Shown: positions 1 through 8,355 of the stretch, in pieces
Position numbering within the stretch: position 1 is the first letter of the stretch
How the letters are laid out: the number at the start of each line of letters is the position of its first letter
NCBI GenBank assembly: GCA_045612715.1
Contig: JAZKZP010000115.1
Span: forward strand, 2,498 to 66,497
Source: Eubacteriales bacterium
GTDB taxonomy: Bacteria > Bacillota > Clostridia > Oscillospirales > CAG-272
Direction of reading: 5' to 3'
DNA length: 64,000 nt
Program-made: the position numbers and the translations under genes
Notes under the pieces: generated by a model
Told to the model about the DNA's origin: nothing
Seen by the model: the letters and a program-made list of their open reading frames with translations, nothing else
Databases searched by the model: none

Positions 1-336
1 ATAGCAGGTGCACCTGCACATAAGAGAGTTGCAGACGTTGGAAGTGGTGGAGTTATCTCCCTTATGGATAGATCTACAATCTATGATACCGATTTTGTTA
101 ATTTTACTCTCGATACAGCTAAAAATAATGATATCAAAGCACAGGTCAAGAGATATGTTTCAGGTGGTAATGACGCAGGACATATTCACAAATCGGGTAA
201 GGGTGTTAAATGCGTAGCCATTTCAATGGGTACAAGATATCTTCATTCTCCCGCTTGTGTTGCAAGTATAGAAGATTACGAATCAATTAGAGAGCTTGTT
301 TATGCAATGCTCAAAAATATGAAAGCTGAGGTATAA
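1..336 (+). CDS. M42 family metallopeptidase, C-terminal fragment (5' end upstream of window)
   Basis: Frame 1 is open from base 1 to TAA 334-336. The C-terminal ...GTRYLHSP... region parallels ...PSRYIHSG... of the intact M42 paralog that follows. Confidence 0.75.
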   Translation: MAGAPAHKRVADVGSGGVISLMDRSTIYDTDFVNFTLDTAKNNDIKAQVKRYVSGGNDAGHIHKSGKGVKCVAISMGTRYLHSPACVASIEDYESIRELVYAMLKNMKAEV

Positions 337-339
337 ATT

Positions 340-1335
340 ATGTATAATACACTTAAAACTATAACACTTGTTCACGGTGTTTCAGGAAAAGAGCATCGTG
401 TTGCTAATACACTTAAAGAAATGATTGCTCCATATTGTGATGAATCCCATATTGATGCTATGGGTAATCTTATCGCGTTCAAGCGTGGTAATGGTGAAAA
501 TCCCAAGAAGGTACTCCTTTGTGGACATATGGATGAAATCGGCTTTATTGTAAACTTTGTTGAAGATAACGGATTTGTTCGTGTTGCTCCTATTGGTGGA
601 ATTAACTGGGTTGCTTGTGCATTCGGTGAAGTGGTTTCTGATAAGGGTGTTCACGGTGTGCTTGTGCCCAATTCAGGTACAAAGGCATCTGATTTTGCTC
701 CCGACCTTTTCTACATAGATATTGGCGCAGATAATAAGAAAAATGCTGAGAGAAAGGTTAAAATTGGCGATACATTCGTTCTTAAATCCAACCTCACAAA
801 GCTCAATGCTAATCGAGTTGTTGGTCGTCCCCTTGACGATAGAGCAGGATGTGGTATCGTTCTTGAAATTGCAAAGAGAATTGCAAAAGAACCCGTGGTA
901 GATGATGTTTACTATGTATTTAGTGTTCAAGAAGAGGTTGGTTGTCGTGGTTCAAAAACAGCCGCATTTGCTATAGGTGCAGATGTTTCACTCACATTCG
1001 ACGTAACAGGCACAGGTGATACAGCAGGTTCAAAGCCCATGGCTGTTAAACTTGGTGGCGGTGCTGCTATCAAGATTAAAGATGCATCTGTGATTTGTGA
1101 TTCTGAAATCGTGGACAAGCTTGATAGAATAGCTAAAGAGAAAAATATCAAGAGCCAGCTTGAAATACTTGCTTTCGGCGGTACTGACACATCATCTATT
1201 CAAATGACAGGTGCAGGATGTCGCGCAGGCGCACTTTCTATCCCTTCAAGATACATTCATTCAGGGGTTGAAATGATAGATATGAACGATTACAAGGCAT
1301 GTATTGACCTTGCGGTAGAATTTATTAAGGAATAA
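340..1335 (+). CDS. M42 family metallopeptidase (glutamyl aminopeptidase / FrvX-YsdC type)
   Basis: 331 aa with motifs GHMDEIGF, LDDRAGC, QEEVGCRGS and SRYIHS. GAGG RBS upstream. Confidence 0.85.
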   Translation: MYNTLKTITLVHGVSGKEHRVANTLKEMIAPYCDESHIDAMGNLIAFKRGNGENPKKVLLCGHMDEIGFIVNFVEDNGFVRVAPIGGINWVACAFGEVVSDKGVHGVLVPNSGTKASDFAPDLFYIDIGADNKKNAERKVKIGDTFVLKSNLTKLNANRVVGRPLDDRAGCGIVLEIAKRIAKEPVVDDVYYVFSVQEEVGCRGSKTAAFAIGADVSLTFDVTGTGDTAGSKPMAVKLGGGAAIKIKDASVICDSEIVDKLDRIAKEKNIKSQLEILAFGGTDTSSIQMTGAGCRAGALSIPSRYIHSGVEMIDMNDYKACIDLAVEFIKE

Positions 1336-1340
1336 TAGAT

Positions 1341-2600
1341 ATGGAATTTTCAAATAAAATTTTAGAGCTCGTTTCTGAAGCTGAGATAGCTCTTAAGGAT
1401 ACGTTTGCTGAAATTGATAGAGTTTCATTTAATAATACAAAAAAGGTAATGAATGCATTCGCTGAGCATCGAGTTGATGACAGTATGTTTGGTTCAACAA
1501 GTGGATATGGCTATGACGACAAAGGCAGGGATTCACTTGATAGAATTTGGGCAGATGTTTTTGGTTGTGAAGCGGCACTTGTAAGACATTCTGTTGTAAG
1601 TGGCACACACGCGCTTACAATTGGACTTTTTGGCATTTTGCGTCCTGGTGATATTATGCTCTCTGTTGCAGGAAAGCCGTATGATACACTTGAAGAGGTT
1701 ATTGGTATCGTTGGCGAAGAGGGAAACGGTTCACTTAAAGATTTTGGTGTTGAATATCGTCAGATCGAACTTAAAGATGATGGAACATTTGATTTTGATG
1801 CAGTAGGAAGAGAATTGAAGGTTAATGCTCAAAAAATCAAAATGGTATTTATTCAACGTTCAAAGGGATATCTTAATCGCAGAACACTCACGGTTGATGA
1901 AATTGGAGAAATGGCTCGCTTCGTTAAGTCCATTTCACCTGAAACTTTTGTTGTGGTAGATAACTGTTACGGTGAATTCGTCGAAGAAAAAGAGCCAGTT
2001 GCAGTTGGTGCAGATCTTTGCATTGGTTCACTTATAAAGAATCCCGGTGGCGGTATGGCTGAAACAGGTGGCTATTTTGCAGGTACGAAAAAAGCTGTTG
2101 AGCTTGTTTCATACCGTTTAACTTCTCCTGGAACGGGCGCTGAAGTTGGTGCAACTATGGGGCAAAATAAGAGCTTGTATAAGGGACTTTTCTATGCCCC
2201 CCACACAACTGCTCAAGCACTTAAAACAGGTTATCTTGCGGCATATATGTTTGAAAAAATGGGATATAATGCAGTTCCCAAGTGGAACGAAAAGCGCTCG
2301 GATATAATTCAATCCGTTATTACGGGTGACCCTGAAATACTTTGTGCATTTTGTCGTGGTATTCAGGCAGGCTCTCCCGTTGATGCTTACGTTACTCCCG
2401 AGCCTTGGGATATGCCTGGTTATACTGATAAGGTAATTATGGCTGCAGGTGCATTTACACAGGGCTCGTCAATCGAGCTTTCAGCAGATGGACCTATAAG
2501 ACCTCCTTATACGGTGTATTTTCAAGGTGGTCTTACGTATGAAAGTGGAAAAATCGGTATTATGAGTGCGGCTCAAACCGTTTTGAATTTGGAAAAATGA
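1341..2600 (+). CDS. PLP-dependent YnbB / aluminium-resistance family protein (Met_gamma_lyase-like)
   Basis: 419 aa. Recognised by overall family resemblance, including GSLIKNPGGG around the putative PLP lysine. AAGGAA RBS. Confidence 0.75.
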   Translation: MEFSNKILELVSEAEIALKDTFAEIDRVSFNNTKKVMNAFAEHRVDDSMFGSTSGYGYDDKGRDSLDRIWADVFGCEAALVRHSVVSGTHALTIGLFGILRPGDIMLSVAGKPYDTLEEVIGIVGEEGNGSLKDFGVEYRQIELKDDGTFDFDAVGRELKVNAQKIKMVFIQRSKGYLNRRTLTVDEIGEMARFVKSISPETFVVVDNCYGEFVEEKEPVAVGADLCIGSLIKNPGGGMAETGGYFAGTKKAVELVSYRLTSPGTGAEVGATMGQNKSLYKGLFYAPHTTAQALKTGYLAAYMFEKMGYNAVPKWNEKRSDIIQSVITGDPEILCAFCRGIQAGSPVDAYVTPEPWDMPGYTDKVIMAAGAFTQGSSIELSADGPIRPPYTVYFQGGLTYESGKIGIMSAAQTVLNLEK

Positions 2601-3763
2601 GAGAGATATATTTAGATAATAGCGCGACAACACCGATTTGTGAAGAAGCTAAAGCAAAAATGCTTGAGGCTATGGAATGCTTTGGCAATCCATCTTCACT
2701 TCACAAAAAGGGATTTGATTCTTCAAAAATGATTGCAGATTCAAGAAGTAAAGTTCTTTCCTCACTTTTTGTAAGAAACGTCAAGGCAGAAAATCTTATT
2801 TTCACCTCAAGTGGAACAGAAGCGGATAATCTTGCTCTTATGGGTGTTGCGTATGCCAAAACTCGCAGAGCAAGTAGAATAATTACTACAGATTCAGAGC
2901 ATTCTGCTATTGAAAACACTCTTAAATATCTTGAAAATGATGGCTTTGAGGTTATTAGACTTTCAACCAAGAATGGTGTTATAGATCTTGATGAGTTTAA
3001 AGCTGCTATGAACAAAAACACCTTGCTTGTGTCGATTATGCACGTTAATAATGAAACAGGAGCCGTGTATAATATTAAGGAGTGCTTTAAACTTGCAAAA
3101 GAGATAAATCCCGATGTTGTAACACATACTGATGCTGTGCAATCTTATATGAAGGTAAAAGTATCACCAACCGAGCTTAACGCAGACCTTGTTACTATTA
3201 GCGCACACAAGATTCATGGACCAAAGGGAATAGGCGCTTTGTACGTTAGCCCTGATGTGATAAAAAAGAAACAGCTTAAACCCATCATTTACGGTGGTGG
3301 ACAAGAATTTGGCTTCCGTTCGGGTACTGAAAATTTTATAGGTATAGTTGGTTTTGGTGCAGCAGCAGAAAGGGGATTTAAAAATCTTTCAAAAGATGTT
3401 GCAAAAATGCGTGAGCTTCGTGCTTATGCACTTGAAAAGCTTGCAGAGCTTGATGTAAAAATCAATTTGCCCACAGGTGAATGTGCGCCGCACGTCATCA
3501 ATATCACTTTGCCATCTATCAAGAGTGAAACTATGCTTCATCATCTTTCCTCAAGGGGAATTTATGTATCAAGCGGTTCTGCTTGTTCTTCAAATTCTGC
3601 AATAAAGAGAGTAAGTCGCGCTCTAAAGGGATTTGGACTTAGCGATTTTGATGCAGATTGTTCAATGAGAATCAGTTTTTCTCCTTTCAATTCAAAGGAA
3701 GATATAGACGAGCTTGTAATCAATCTTAAAGAAGGAATTGAAAAACTTGTCAAAATAAAATAA
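2597..3763 (+). CDS. nifS: Cysteine desulfurase, NifS/IscS family
   Basis: 388 aa with PLP lysine motif SAHKIHGPKG and active-site loop SSGSACSS. ATGA overlap with the preceding gene. Confidence 0.85.
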   Translation: MREIYLDNSATTPICEEAKAKMLEAMECFGNPSSLHKKGFDSSKMIADSRSKVLSSLFVRNVKAENLIFTSSGTEADNLALMGVAYAKTRRASRIITTDSEHSAIENTLKYLENDGFEVIRLSTKNGVIDLDEFKAAMNKNTLLVSIMHVNNETGAVYNIKECFKLAKEINPDVVTHTDAVQSYMKVKVSPTELNADLVTISAHKIHGPKGIGALYVSPDVIKKKQLKPIIYGGGQEFGFRSGTENFIGIVGFGAAAERGFKNLSKDVAKMRELRAYALEKLAELDVKINLPTGECAPHVINITLPSIKSETMLHHLSSRGIYVSSGSACSSNSAIKRVSRALKGFGLSDFDADCSMRISFSPFNSKEDIDELVINLKEGIEKLVKIK

Positions 3764-3764
3764 T

Positions 3765-3793
3765 AAAAAGGTGAGCAAAACGCTCACCTTTTT
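3765..3793. terminator. Bidirectional rho-independent terminator between nifS and the convergent ATPase gene
   Basis: A-run, stem GGTGAGC/GCTCACC (3770-3776/3782-3788), T-run. The ATPase stop codon lies in the 3' arm. Confidence 0.7.
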
Positions 3794-6468
3794 GTTATTC
3801 TTGTGATTAATTTCACTATTTCGACTATTGGAATAACTGTTACTGAAAGAAGTAGAGAAATGCCATATTCTTTTAAATTAAGATTTGCAAGTGAAAAAGC
3901 ATTTGCAAGAAAGTCGATTTCAATTACTACAATTGTCAAAATAAAAGAAAGCAAGCCTGCCAAAATTAGCCATGAATTTTGAGTTTTCATTTTAAATATT
4001 GAGCCGTGAAGGGATCTCATATTGAATGCGTGAAATATTTCTGCCATTGATAGAGTTAGAAATGCCATAGATGTGCCTATCATTTCTGGAGAATACGTAC
4101 CATTTGTTATCATTTCAGAGTGATAAGCTGTAGCAAGATAATCCCTGCCTAAAAAGTATGATATAAGAGTGATAAAAGTTACAAGTGCGCCTTGATATAT
4201 AACTGCTATTCCTAACCCGCCTGCAAAAATCCCTTCTTTTGAATCTCTTGGCGCGCGTTTCATAAGGTCATCTTCGGGTTTTTCCATGCCTAGTGAAAGC
4301 GCAGGGAAGCAGTCAGTTATTAGATTAATCCAAAGTAGATGAACTGCCAAAAAAATATTTTCAATCCCAAATAGAGTAGCAAAAAATATGGTGAGAACTT
4401 CCGAAAGATTGGATGCAAGTAGAAATTGAATGGCTTTTCGTATATTATCATAAATTCTTCGTCCTTCTTCTGCAGCGTACACAATAGTTGCGAAATTATC
4501 ATCAGCTAAAATCATATCTGCAACATTCTTTGTCACATCCGTTCCTGTAATACCCATACCAATGCCTATATCCGCATTTTTTATGGATGGTGCATCATTT
4601 ACGCCATCGCCCGTCATCGCAGTAATTTTTCCTTTTTTACGCCATGCATTGACTATCTTTGTTTTGTGTTCTGGTTGAACACGCGCATAAACTGAATATT
4701 TTTCAACCAAGTCATCAAATTCATCATTAGAAATTTTGTCAAGTTCAGCTCCTGTTATTGCCTCACTTGATTCGCTGATTATACCAAGCTCCATTGCAAT
4801 AGCTATTGCTGTGTCTTTGTGGTCACCTGTTATCATTATAGGACGAATACCTGCAAGACGGCATTCTTCAATTGCGGGCTTTACTTCGGGACGAACAGGA
4901 TCAATCATACCCACCATACCAATAAAGCACATTTCATTTTCAAGTGAGTTATTATTATAATTATCTGGTGCTTTATCAAGCATTTTGTATGATGCTGCAA
5001 GCACGCGAAGTGCTCGATCTGCCATGTTTTTATTACTAGAAAGGATTTCTTCTCTTATTTCGTTGGTAATTTCTGTTGATTCTCCGTTTATAAGAGCGTG
5101 AGTACAGATTTTTAGTATTTCATCTGGCGCACCCTTTGTAAATTGAAGAATTTCATTGTTTTTACTTTTATGAACTGTTGTCATCATCTTTCGCGAAGAG
5201 TCGAAAGGAAGCTCACCAATTCTGATAAAGATATTTTTTTGTTCATTTTTTGAAACACCAATTTTTTCAGCATAGTTTACTAATGCACATTCGGTCGGTT
5301 CACCCACTGCAGTTTTTTCGTTAACATCAAATTCGGCATCCGAGCATAGTGACATTGCATTTGCAAGGAATGTTTCATCGTCACCATAATGTTCAACAAC
5401 TGTCATTTTGTTTTGAGTTAATGTACCTGTTTTGTCAGAACATATAATCTGTGTGCAACCAAGAGTTTCTACTGCTGTTAGTTTACGAATTATAGCATTT
5501 CGTTTTGACATATTAGTTACACCAATTGAAAGTACTATTGTTACAACTGTAGAAAGCCCTTCAGGAATGGCTGCAACTGCAAGAGAAATAGCTACCATAA
5601 AAAAGTTCATTATTTTATCGAAAGTAAAACTTCCGTTTATAATTAATTCTCGTCCTAGATTTATACCGAAAACAACTATTGATATAATAATAACTAATAC
5701 AGTAAGTATTTTTGATAATTGTCCTAGTTTTATTTGGAGTGGTGTTTTTCCTTCTTTAGCATTAGAAAGTGCATTTGCAATTTTACCCATTTCAGTGTTC
5801 ATACCTGTTTGAGTGATTACTGCTTTTCCTCGTCCGTAAACGATAACACTACCCATATAAACCATATTTTTACGATCGCCCAATGGGACATTTTCTGTTT
5901 CAATAATTTCGTCAGTTTTGTTTACCGGAAGTGATTCACCCGTTAGTGCAGCTTCTTCTGCTTTGATTGATGCGCATTCTATAAGACGAGCATCCGCAGG
6001 GACAGCATCACCGGCTTCAAGAACTATAATATCGCCAATAACAAGATCTTCCGATTTGATTGTCAACTGCCGTCCGTCGCGAATAACTTTACTCGTTGCG
6101 CCCGATATTTCTTGCAGTGCTTCAATAGCTTTTTCAGCCTTGCTTTCTTGAAGAACCCCTAAAATTGCGTTTATAAGTACTACTGCAAGTATTATTACCA
6201 CATCTGCAGGGAATCCCAAATGACCACTTGAAATACCTTCGTATATTTCCATTCCTGCGGATATAGCTGCAGCAATAATAAGAATAATAGTCATCGGCTC
6301 TGCAAGTTGCTTCAAAAAGCGACGTACTAAAGATTCTTTTTCACCTTCAGTGAGTTTGTTTTTGCCATATTTGTTCAAGCGATTTTGCGCCTCTTGAGAG
6401 GTTAATCCAAGGCTATTGCTTTGAAAAAAATTAAGCGTATCTTCTTTACTTTGGTTGTAAAAATTCAT
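3784..6468 (-). CDS. Calcium-translocating P-type ATPase (PMCA/SERCA-like, YloB type)
   Basis: Motifs CSDKTGTLT, IPEGL, TGDHKDTA and GDGVNDAP. Start moved to ATG 6468, which is preceded by AAGGAG. The ORF-track extension 6469-6519 is encoded by a hairpin. Confidence 0.9.
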   Translation of the reverse strand: MNFYNQSKEDTLNFFQSNSLGLTSQEAQNRLNKYGKNKLTEGEKESLVRRFLKQLAEPMTIILIIAAAISAGMEIYEGISSGHLGFPADVVIILAVVLINAILGVLQESKAEKAIEALQEISGATSKVIRDGRQLTIKSEDLVIGDIIVLEAGDAVPADARLIECASIKAEEAALTGESLPVNKTDEIIETENVPLGDRKNMVYMGSVIVYGRGKAVITQTGMNTEMGKIANALSNAKEGKTPLQIKLGQLSKILTVLVIIISIVVFGINLGRELIINGSFTFDKIMNFFMVAISLAVAAIPEGLSTVVTIVLSIGVTNMSKRNAIIRKLTAVETLGCTQIICSDKTGTLTQNKMTVVEHYGDDETFLANAMSLCSDAEFDVNEKTAVGEPTECALVNYAEKIGVSKNEQKNIFIRIGELPFDSSRKMMTTVHKSKNNEILQFTKGAPDEILKICTHALINGESTEITNEIREEILSSNKNMADRALRVLAASYKMLDKAPDNYNNNSLENEMCFIGMVGMIDPVRPEVKPAIEECRLAGIRPIMITGDHKDTAIAIAMELGIISESSEAITGAELDKISNDEFDDLVEKYSVYARVQPEHKTKIVNAWRKKGKITAMTGDGVNDAPSIKNADIGIGMGITGTDVTKNVADMILADDNFATIVYAAEEGRRIYDNIRKAIQFLLASNLSEVLTIFFATLFGIENIFLAVHLLWINLITDCFPALSLGMEKPEDDLMKRAPRDSKEGIFAGGLGIAVIYQGALVTFITLISYFLGRDYLATAYHSEMITNGTYSPEMIGTSMAFLTLSMAEIFHAFNMRSLHGSIFKMKTQNSWLILAGLLSFILTIVVIEIDFLANAFSLANLNLKEYGISLLLSVTVIPIVEIVKLITRITKR

Positions 6469-6487
6469 TAGATTCTCCTTTATTGAT

Positions 6488-6528
6488 TCAAAAATAAAAG
6501 ACTCAAGTGTATCATACACTTGAGTCTT
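6488..6528 (-). terminator. Rho-independent terminator-like hairpin downstream of mnmA, abutting the ATPase RBS
   Basis: Perfect 14-bp stem 6498-6511/6515-6528 with a 3-nt loop, followed on the minus strand by TTATTTTT. Confidence 0.6.
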
Positions 6529-6615
6529 ATTTGTTAATAGATATATTAAGTAATACGCAAGTATATTACTTAATTATAGTCAAAGTATAAATAAATAATC
6601 AGTAAAACAGAAGAA

Positions 6616-7677
6616 TTATTCAATTATTCCGCCACCTACAACTATATCATCGTCATAAAGAACAACTGATTGTCCTTTGGTTATCGCACGTTGTGGTTCA
6701 TCAAAAGTAACTTTAATTCTATTATCACCAATTTGTTCAACGGTTGCAGGCTGTTCTTTTTGATTGTATCTGATTTTTGCGTTAACTCTCATTGGCTCAC
6801 TAATTTTATCGCAAGAAATGAGGTTTACATTATTTGCAGTAAGAGTTGTTCCAAAAAGATCAGAATTGCGACCAAGAATGATTGTATTGTTTTCAACATC
6901 TTTTTTTACTACGTAAATTGGCTCACCAAATGCAATTCCAAGTCCTTTTCGCTGACCTATGGTATATTTGATTATACCTTCATGAGTGCCCAAAACCTTA
7001 CCGTTGAGGTCAACAAAATTACCTTTTTTGAAGGTTTCGCCCGTGGTGCGTTCAATAAACGAAACGTAATCTCCGTCGGGTACAAAGCAAATATCTTGAC
7101 TATCGTGCTTTCTTGCGTTAACAAAGCCAAAGCTTTCTGCTAAAGCTCGCGCTTCTTGTTTAGTCATGTTACCAAGAGGAAAAAGGGTATGTGCTAATTG
7201 GTGTTGAGTTAATGAATAGAGAACATAGCTTTGATCTTTACTCAAATCAAGTGCTTTTTTAAGCAAATATCTTCCGTCAGAGCGTTTTTCAATGCGTGCA
7301 TAGTGTCCCGTGGCAACGGCATCATAACCTCTTTCTAAAGCCATTTTTAGTAATGCTTCAAATTTGATCTTCCTATTACATACCACACAGGGATTGGGAG
7401 TTGATCCGTTTTTGTAGCAATTAATAAAATCACCAATTACACATTCTTTAAATGCACCGCCAAAATCGTGTACTTCATGAGGAATGCCAACAAGATCACA
7501 AACGGATTTTGCATCAGCAATATCTTGGTTTGAGCAGCAGGAGTTTTCTCCATATATTAAGTTATCGCTTTCGTCGTGAAGCTTCATAGTAACGCCCAAA
7601 GCTTCGTGTTCTTGCTTTATAAGATGAGCAGAAACAGCGCTATCAACACCGCCACTCATAGCAACGAGTACCTTCAT
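6616..7677 (-). CDS. mnmA: tRNA 2-thiouridine(34) synthase
   Basis: 353 aa with PP-loop VAMSGGVDS and conserved NPCVVCN. AAAGGAG RBS. Confidence 0.92.
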   Translation of the reverse strand: MKVLVAMSGGVDSAVSAHLIKQEHEALGVTMKLHDESDNLIYGENSCCSNQDIADAKSVCDLVGIPHEVHDFGGAFKECVIGDFINCYKNGSTPNPCVVCNRKIKFEALLKMALERGYDAVATGHYARIEKRSDGRYLLKKALDLSKDQSYVLYSLTQHQLAHTLFPLGNMTKQEARALAESFGFVNARKHDSQDICFVPDGDYVSFIERTTGETFKKGNFVDLNGKVLGTHEGIIKYTIGQRKGLGIAFGEPIYVVKKDVENNTIILGRNSDLFGTTLTANNVNLISCDKISEPMRVNAKIRYNQKEQPATVEQIGDNRIKVTFDEPQRAITKGQSVVLYDDDIVVGGGIIE

Positions 7678-7691
7678 AGGTGAACTCCTTT

Positions 7692-8204
7692 CTATATTTT
7701 ATAATCTTCCCACATAAAAGTTGTGGGCGTGCCTTCTTCAAGCAACCCTTCAAAGTTATTTTGTCTGAATACTTCATAGACAGCTATTGCAACGGAGTTG
7801 GATAGATTGAGTGAACGAAGATTGGGACGCATCGGTATTCTTACGCAAGTATCAGGATTTTTTGCAAGTAGAGTTTCGGGAAGTCCCTTGGATTCTTTGC
7901 CAAACATAATAAAAACCCTACCATCATATTTCACTTCGGTATAGTTTCTTGGTGCTTTGGTAGTAAAATAGAAAACGGTTGCATCGGTGTTTCTTGCAAA
8001 AAAATCATCAAGATTTTCATAGTAAGTTATATCAAGTAAGTGCCAATAATCAAGACCTGCTCGCTTAAGCTTTTTGTCATCAATAGTAAATCCCATTGGT
8101 TTTATAATGTGGAGCGCTGCGCCTGTTGCTGCACATGTTCGTGCAATATTTCCGGTATTTTGTGGAATTTCAGGTTCATGAAGTACTATATTTATATTAG
8201 CCAT
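7692..8204 (-). CDS. trmL: tRNA (cytidine/uridine(34)-2'-O)-methyltransferase, SpoU/TrmL type
   Basis: 170 aa with the size and sequence pattern of YibK/TrmL knotted methyltransferases (..NTGNIARTC.., ..NLSNSVAIAVYE..). Confidence 0.85.
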   Translation of the reverse strand: MANINIVLHEPEIPQNTGNIARTCAATGAALHIIKPMGFTIDDKKLKRAGLDYWHLLDITYYENLDDFFARNTDATVFYFTTKAPRNYTEVKYDGRVFIMFGKESKGLPETLLAKNPDTCVRIPMRPNLRSLNLSNSVAIAVYEVFRQNNFEGLLEEGTPTTFMWEDYKI

Positions 8205-8355
8205 ATTTAAAATCCTTTATTATTTCAATTTATCACTTAATTATATAATAAAAGTACTATTTTTTCAATAATAAATTAAAAAATTTACAAAAAACTATGG
8301 TAATTATTTTGATTTTGTAGTATAATGAGATGATATTTTTATTTTGGAGGAACAA

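Noticed and set aside
1-1335. Tandem M42 peptidase genes, considered as a duplication with one decaying copy.
   Set aside because: The second copy is intact with all metal-binding motifs. The first is truncated only by the window edge.
6469-6519. 17-codon N-terminal extension of the ATPase ORF.
   Set aside because: It is encoded by the terminator-like hairpin and its T-tail. The ATG at 6468 has an AAGGAG RBS.
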